From: Desulfobacterales bacterium
GTDB lineage: Bacteria > Desulfobacterota > Desulfobacteria > Desulfobacterales > UBA5852
NCBI GenBank assembly: GCA_963674755.2
Contig: CAXXVS010000002.1
Location: forward strand, 160,001 to 224,000
Reading direction: 5' to 3'
Length of the DNA stretch: 64,000 nucleotides
A model generated the notes under the pieces. The model worked only from the letters and a program-made list of their open reading frames with translations. It searched no databases and was not told the DNA's origin. How positions within the stretch are numbered: the first letter of the stretch is position 1; the number at the start of each line of letters is the position of its first letter. Both the position numbers and the translations under genes were made by a program. This document shows positions 59,287 through 64,000 of this stretch, in pieces.

Positions 59287-60354
59287 ATGACGATCCTGGA
59301 TCGCTATATTGCCCGGCAAATCCTGCGCTTTTTCGGCGCGACCCTGGCGCTGGTCTCAGTGATCTACGTCATCGCCGATTTTTTCGAAAAAGTGAACAAA
59401 TTGATCGAGTCCGGCCTGCCTTTCCAGAAAGCGGCTTTTTATTTTCTGACCCACATTCCCATCGAGCAGCTCATCCCGGCCAGCACCCTGCTGTCCGTAA
59501 TGCTCGTCTTCGGTTTGATGAACAAGCACAACGAGATTATCGCCCTCAAGGCGGGGGGCGTCAGCATCTACCGTCTGCTGAAAGTCCCCTTTATCCTGGG
59601 GATGATTTTCAGCCTGGTGCTGTTGATCCTTTCGGAAATGCTGCTGCCCGTCTTAAGATCCGATGCCAACCGTATGTGGATGGAGCAGGTGAAAAAGCTA
59701 TGGGTGGAATACCAACAACGCAATATCTGGTTGAAAGGCCATCATGCGATTTATCACATTGCCCATTTCGAACCCGCCCACAACCGCATGATCGATGTCA
59801 GCCTGACTTTTTTTGATGACGATTTCAGGATGATGCGCCGTATCGATGCCCGTGAGGGCGACTATATCGAACATCATTGGGTGCTGCATGACGTCATGGA
59901 GCAGGAGCGTAATTCGGAGGACGGGTCTTTTCGCGTCGAGCATCTCGACCAGCTGACGCTGGAACTTGATTTCACCCCCGCGGAATTGCGGCGGGTGATC
60001 AAAGAATCCGATGAAATGAGCCTGCTGGAGTTGGGGGATTATATTCGCACCACGGAGGCGGAAGGCTATGATGCCACCTCGTATCGGGTGGACTGGCATG
60101 CCAAACTGGCTTACCCACTGGTTTGCATTATCCTGTCTGTCATTGGGGTCACCATCGCCGGCCGGGGACGCCGTGACGAAAACCTTGCCATTGTGGTGGT
60201 CACCGGTATTGGTTTGGCCTTCTGCTTCTGGGTGCTGCAAGGCTTTAGTTTCTCTTTGGGGTATGCCGGCATGCTGCCGCCGGTGGTGGCGGCCTGGCTG
60301 CCCGATACGATTTTTTCCTTCGTGGCGGCCGCTTTGCTGCTGAGAGCCGAATAG
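59287..60354 (+). CDS. lptG: LPS export permease LptG
   Basis: MTILDRYI, NEIIALKAGG, AAWLP. Confidence 0.88.
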   Translation: MTILDRYIARQILRFFGATLALVSVIYVIADFFEKVNKLIESGLPFQKAAFYFLTHIPIEQLIPASTLLSVMLVFGLMNKHNEIIALKAGGVSIYRLLKVPFILGMIFSLVLLILSEMLLPVLRSDANRMWMEQVKKLWVEYQQRNIWLKGHHAIYHIAHFEPAHNRMIDVSLTFFDDDFRMMRRIDAREGDYIEHHWVLHDVMEQERNSEDGSFRVEHLDQLTLELDFTPAELRRVIKESDEMSLLELGDYIRTTEAEGYDATSYRVDWHAKLAYPLVCIILSVIGVTIAGRGRRDENLAIVVVTGIGLAFCFWVLQGFSFSLGYAGMLPPVVAAWLPDTIFSFVAAALLLRAE

Positions 60355-60369
60355 GGGAAAGGGAGTAGC

Positions 60370-61551
60370 GTGGACCGCGATTGCCAGTGCCTCAATCGCT
60401 TGAAGGCCGCCGTCGAGGCGGTCATGTTCGGTTCCCCGGACGTCCATCGCGGCCTGGCCGCCTTGCTGCAAGGTACCGCACTTCTTTATGGTGCGGCGAT
60501 GCGGTTCCGGGCCCGCCTGTATACGAATGGCTGCCTTGCCGCGCATCGGCTGCCCTGCAAAGTGGTATCGGTGGGGAACATCACCTTGGGGGGGACCGGC
60601 AAAACCCCGGCAAGCCTTTATATGGCACGGCTGATCCACGAAGCCGGCTTGCGGGTGGCGGTCGTCAGCCGTGGATACAAAGGGCGGGCGGAACATCAGG
60701 GCGGGATCGTCAGCGACGGGCATACCTTGCGGATGACTCCCGCTGACGCCGGCGATGAACCCTATTTGATGGCCCGGCATCTGTTACCCCTCGGGATACC
60801 GGTTATCGTGGGATCCGATCGCGTCCGCTCGGGACGTCTGGCGGTGGAGCGTTTTTCGACCGAAGTCCTTGTGCTTGATGACGGGTTCCAGCACATGCGA
60901 CTGAGGCGCGATCTCAACCTGGTATTGTTGGACGCCGGGCAACCCTTCGGCAACGGCCATCTGCTGCCCCGGGGGGCTTTAAGGGAGCCCCTGTCCGCCC
61001 TGGCGCGAGCCGATGCCTGCCTGTTGACACGCTGTCCGCCGACCTTTGTCGCGCGAATTCCCGACGATGGCGACGGAAGGGATGGGGCTCATTTGCCCCG
61101 CGACCGCCGGCATCCGGTTTTTCCGGCAACCCATGCGCCCTTTGCGGTGGAATGGATCGCCGACGGGCAGACCAATCCGCAGCAGAGGCTGCCGTCCCTG
61201 GATGACATGGCATCCTGTCCGGTTTTCGCTTTTTCGGGCATTGCCCGCAACGATGATTTTCAGGCTTCCCTGCGTGAGCTGGGATTCGATCTAAGGGGAT
61301 GGCGGGCGTTTGGGGATCACCACTTTTATTTCCGGGAGGATTTGAGCGCTATCGAATCCCTCGCCGTTCGGCAGGGCGCGGAGCTGATGGTCACGACGGA
61401 AAAAGACCGCGTCAAGATCGATGCGGCCTGGATCCGGCGCATGCCCCTGCTCGTGGTGGGCGTCCGAATCGACCTCGGTGCCCATGCTGCAGATTTCCGG
61501 CGGTTTGTGCTCGGCAAACTTGGGCCGGCGAGCCAATCCGGGGAGACCTGA
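60370..61551 (+). CDS. lpxK: Tetraacyldisaccharide 4'-kinase
   Basis: VGNITLGGTGKTP, SRGY, GDEP, DDGFQH, LLPRGALREP, TTEKD. Confidence 0.95.
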   Translation: MDRDCQCLNRLKAAVEAVMFGSPDVHRGLAALLQGTALLYGAAMRFRARLYTNGCLAAHRLPCKVVSVGNITLGGTGKTPASLYMARLIHEAGLRVAVVSRGYKGRAEHQGGIVSDGHTLRMTPADAGDEPYLMARHLLPLGIPVIVGSDRVRSGRLAVERFSTEVLVLDDGFQHMRLRRDLNLVLLDAGQPFGNGHLLPRGALREPLSALARADACLLTRCPPTFVARIPDDGDGRDGAHLPRDRRHPVFPATHAPFAVEWIADGQTNPQQRLPSLDDMASCPVFAFSGIARNDDFQASLRELGFDLRGWRAFGDHHFYFREDLSAIESLAVRQGAELMVTTEKDRVKIDAAWIRRMPLLVVGVRIDLGAHAADFRRFVLGKLGPASQSGET

Positions 61552-61754
61552 AACGGGTCGCAAGACCCGTTGCCCTTGCATTGCGGACCTGGATTGCTTA
61601 GAGAAAAACACGCCGGCCTGCCCCAGTCCCATGCGAACAAGAGGAACATGGCAGAAGGGCCAACCCTGGCAGGCGACGGCGTATGAGGGGGCCGCTTGCG
61701 GTGCCAGCGGATGCGCAACCGATTCCGGCCCCCAAACGAGAGAGAAGGATAACC

Positions 61755-63482
61755 ATGATCGTACTCGGATTATCAGGATCCCTGACCCATGACCCTTCGG
61801 CCGCGCTTTTCGTGGACGGCCGTCTTGTGGCCGCGGCGGAGGAAGAGCGCTTTCTGCGCGACAAACACGCCAAACGCCAATGGCCTTACCATTCCGCCCG
61901 CTATTGCCTCGAGGCGGCCGGCGTCGCGCCGCACGCTATCGACGCGGTGGCCTTTCCCTTTGCGCCCTTCGGTTTCACCTATCCCGGGCGCTGGCATTTT
62001 GCCCGACGCTATTGGTACGCGCCCGATCGGGCCCTGAACGCCCTGTTCAACGGCAACCGGCTTTTCCGTCGCAACCGCAAAGCCATCCTGAATCTGATGC
62101 GTCAGCTCGCCATCGATCCTGACCGGACCCCCTTCGTGCCGGTGGCCCATCATCTCACCCATGCCAGCAGTGCCTATCATCTCAGCGGGTTTGAAGGCAA
62201 AACGGCCATTTTAGGAATCGACGGCAAGGGGGAATATGCCACAACCTTTTTCGGCTATGGTGAAAAGGGCCGCATTCATTGCCTCAAGGAATTTTACGAT
62301 CCCGATTCCCTGGGGGGGGTCTACGGCGCCATGACTCAGTATCTGGGCTTCGAAATGCTGGATGGGGAATTCAAGGTCATGGGCATGGCCCCTTACGGCG
62401 ACCCGGGAAAATACGATTTGGGACGGCTGATTCAAAGCGACGGCCGATCTTTCAGTGTCGATACCCGGCTGGTCAATACCGTCGGGCTGCGGCGCTATAA
62501 GCAGGACGGTTTGGGGTTCTACTTCAGCCCCAAACTCGTGGCATGGCTCGGTCCCAAACGGGAGGGCGACGAAATCGACGATCCCTATGTGGACTACGCC
62601 GCCAGCATGCAGAAGCTGCTGGAGGACGTGTCCCTGGAACTCATCGAGACCTATCTCGGGGATATCCTGCGGGAGACCGGCCGCCTGTGTTTCGCGGGCG
62701 GGGTGGCCTTGAACGTCAAGTTGAACCAGCGCATCATCGATCTGCCGTATGTGAAGGAGCTTTTCGTTCAGCCGGCGGCCAGCGATGCCGGCACGGCGGT
62801 GGGTGCGGCTTCCTATGTCGCCCATCAGATGGGGGATGCCATCCACAAGCAGGAGCACGTCTATCTGGGTCCCGCTTTTTCCACGGACGACTGCCGCCGG
62901 GCCTGCGAAGCGCATCCGGAAAGCCCCCTCTTCGAACAGGTCGAAGACGCGCCCCGGGCGGCGGCCGGTTTGCTGGCCGATGGGCATCCCGTGGCCTGGT
63001 TTCAGGGGCGCATGGAATTCGGCCCGCGTGCTTTGGGCAACCGCAGCATCCTGGGGGATCCCAGCCGGGCGGGTATCGCCGACCGCATCAACGCCCAGAT
63101 CAAGTACCGCGAGCGCTGGCGACCCTTCTGCCCCAGCATCCTGGACCGGGCGGCTGAAGATATTCTGCAGACCCGCCACCCGGCGCCTTACATGACCTTT
63201 GCCTTCACAGTGGCTGACCATTGGAAAAAGCGCATTCCGGAAGTGGTCCATATGGACGGTACCGCCCGCGCCCAGGTGGTGACCCGGGCCACCAACCCCC
63301 GCTACTACGCCCTGATCGAAGCATTGGAGGAGCTGCGCGGCGTTCCGGTGGTGCTCAACACATCCCTCAATCGACGGGGCGAACCCATCGTATGCACCCC
63401 CACCGATGCCCTGAACATGTTCTACGGATCCGATCTGCAATTTCTCTTTCTGGAGGATCTCCTGGTACGCAAGCGACCGTGA
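61755..63482 (+). CDS. Carbamoyltransferase (NodU/CmcH family), WapO-like
   Basis: [60 protein letters not shown]. Confidence 0.9.
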   Translation: MIVLGLSGSLTHDPSAALFVDGRLVAAAEEERFLRDKHAKRQWPYHSARYCLEAAGVAPHAIDAVAFPFAPFGFTYPGRWHFARRYWYAPDRALNALFNGNRLFRRNRKAILNLMRQLAIDPDRTPFVPVAHHLTHASSAYHLSGFEGKTAILGIDGKGEYATTFFGYGEKGRIHCLKEFYDPDSLGGVYGAMTQYLGFEMLDGEFKVMGMAPYGDPGKYDLGRLIQSDGRSFSVDTRLVNTVGLRRYKQDGLGFYFSPKLVAWLGPKREGDEIDDPYVDYAASMQKLLEDVSLELIETYLGDILRETGRLCFAGGVALNVKLNQRIIDLPYVKELFVQPAASDAGTAVGAASYVAHQMGDAIHKQEHVYLGPAFSTDDCRRACEAHPESPLFEQVEDAPRAAAGLLADGHPVAWFQGRMEFGPRALGNRSILGDPSRAGIADRINAQIKYRERWRPFCPSILDRAAEDILQTRHPAPYMTFAFTVADHWKKRIPEVVHMDGTARAQVVTRATNPRYYALIEALEELRGVPVVLNTSLNRRGEPIVCTPTDALNMFYGSDLQFLFLEDLLVRKRP

Positions 63483-63506
63483 ATCCGACCGCCTTCCGCC
63501 TTTTGC

Positions 63507-64000
63507 TCAGAACGAGCGGCCGGCGGCCAGCGCCTGGCCCAGCTTGGCCATGACCATGGCGGGGGTAATGGCGGCCATGCAGGTGGTGTTCTTGCGGGGG
63601 CAGACCTTGCGGTAGCATCCCAGGCAGTCCCCGTCGGAGCGCACGACCAGGTCACGGCAGCGGTAGGGGGCCACCCGGTCCGGATCGGTGGGACCGAAAA
63701 GGGCCACATAGGGCGTTCCCACGGCGGCGGATATGTGCCCCGGGCCGGAGTCCGGACCGGCGGCGGCGACGGCCTGGCGCAGAATGGCGACCAATTCCGT
63801 CAGGGACGTTTTTCCGGTAAGATTCAGCAACCGATCCGATTCGAAGGCAGCTGTGAGATGCCCGGCCGGGCCGGTTTGCGACCTGTCGCCCACCAGGATC
63901 ACACCATATTCCCCGCGCGCCAGGATGGCTTGGGTGAGCCCCCGATAGCCCTCATAGGTCCAGTCCTTGGATATCCAGGAAGACCCCATGACGATGACGA
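63507..64000 (-). CDS. Glycosyltransferase family 9 (heptosyltransferase-like), 5' part outside window
   Basis: NLTGKTSL, DSGPGHISAAVGTP.VALFGPT, CxxC..C..CM. Confidence 0.88.
   Translation of the reverse strand, partial: VIVMGSSWISKDWTYEGYRGLTQAILARGEYGVILVGDRSQTGPAGHLTAAFESDRLLNLTGKTSLTELVAILRQAVAAAGPDSGPGHISAAVGTPYVALFGPTDPDRVAPYRCRDLVVRSDGDCLGCYRKVCPRKNTTCMAAITPAMVMAKLGQALAAGRSF

Overview
Bacterial chromosome segment, most likely from a sulfate-reducing deltaproteobacterium (inferred from gene content and order). It has three blocks. (1) 1-8990: dicarboxylate-metabolism cluster: Sdh/Frd flavoprotein and Fe-S subunits, TRAP DctPQM, split class I fumarase/tartrate-dehydratase-type hydro-lyase, MmgE/PrpD protein, USP. 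(2) 9771-36961: ~27 kb lambda-like siphovirus prophage integrated in tRNA-Val(CAC), bounded by an exact 53-bp direct repeat. Head, tail and lysis genes look essentially complete. No intact integrase, repressor, replicative helicase or small terminase is visible. An apparent deletion has fused a CHC2/Toprim primase N-terminus in frame to the C-terminal part of a GpA-type large terminase. Cargo includes an AT-rich moron with a two-pore-loop K+-channel-like protein, a tandem Trypco2-like lipoprotein and a truncated DUF262/HNH nuclease; the tail-tip module is unusually Cys-rich. (3) 36997-64000: housekeeping genes: ihf, scpBA, trpS, DHH-CBS tRNA nucleotidyltransferase, pilC, pilS, lolE/D, bamA, skp, lpxD-fabZ-lpxA-gnnA-like-lpxB-msbA-lptFG-lpxK, a WapO-like carbamoyltransferase and a GT9 glycosyltransferase. 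All family calls come from motifs and synteny recognised by eye, not from database searches.
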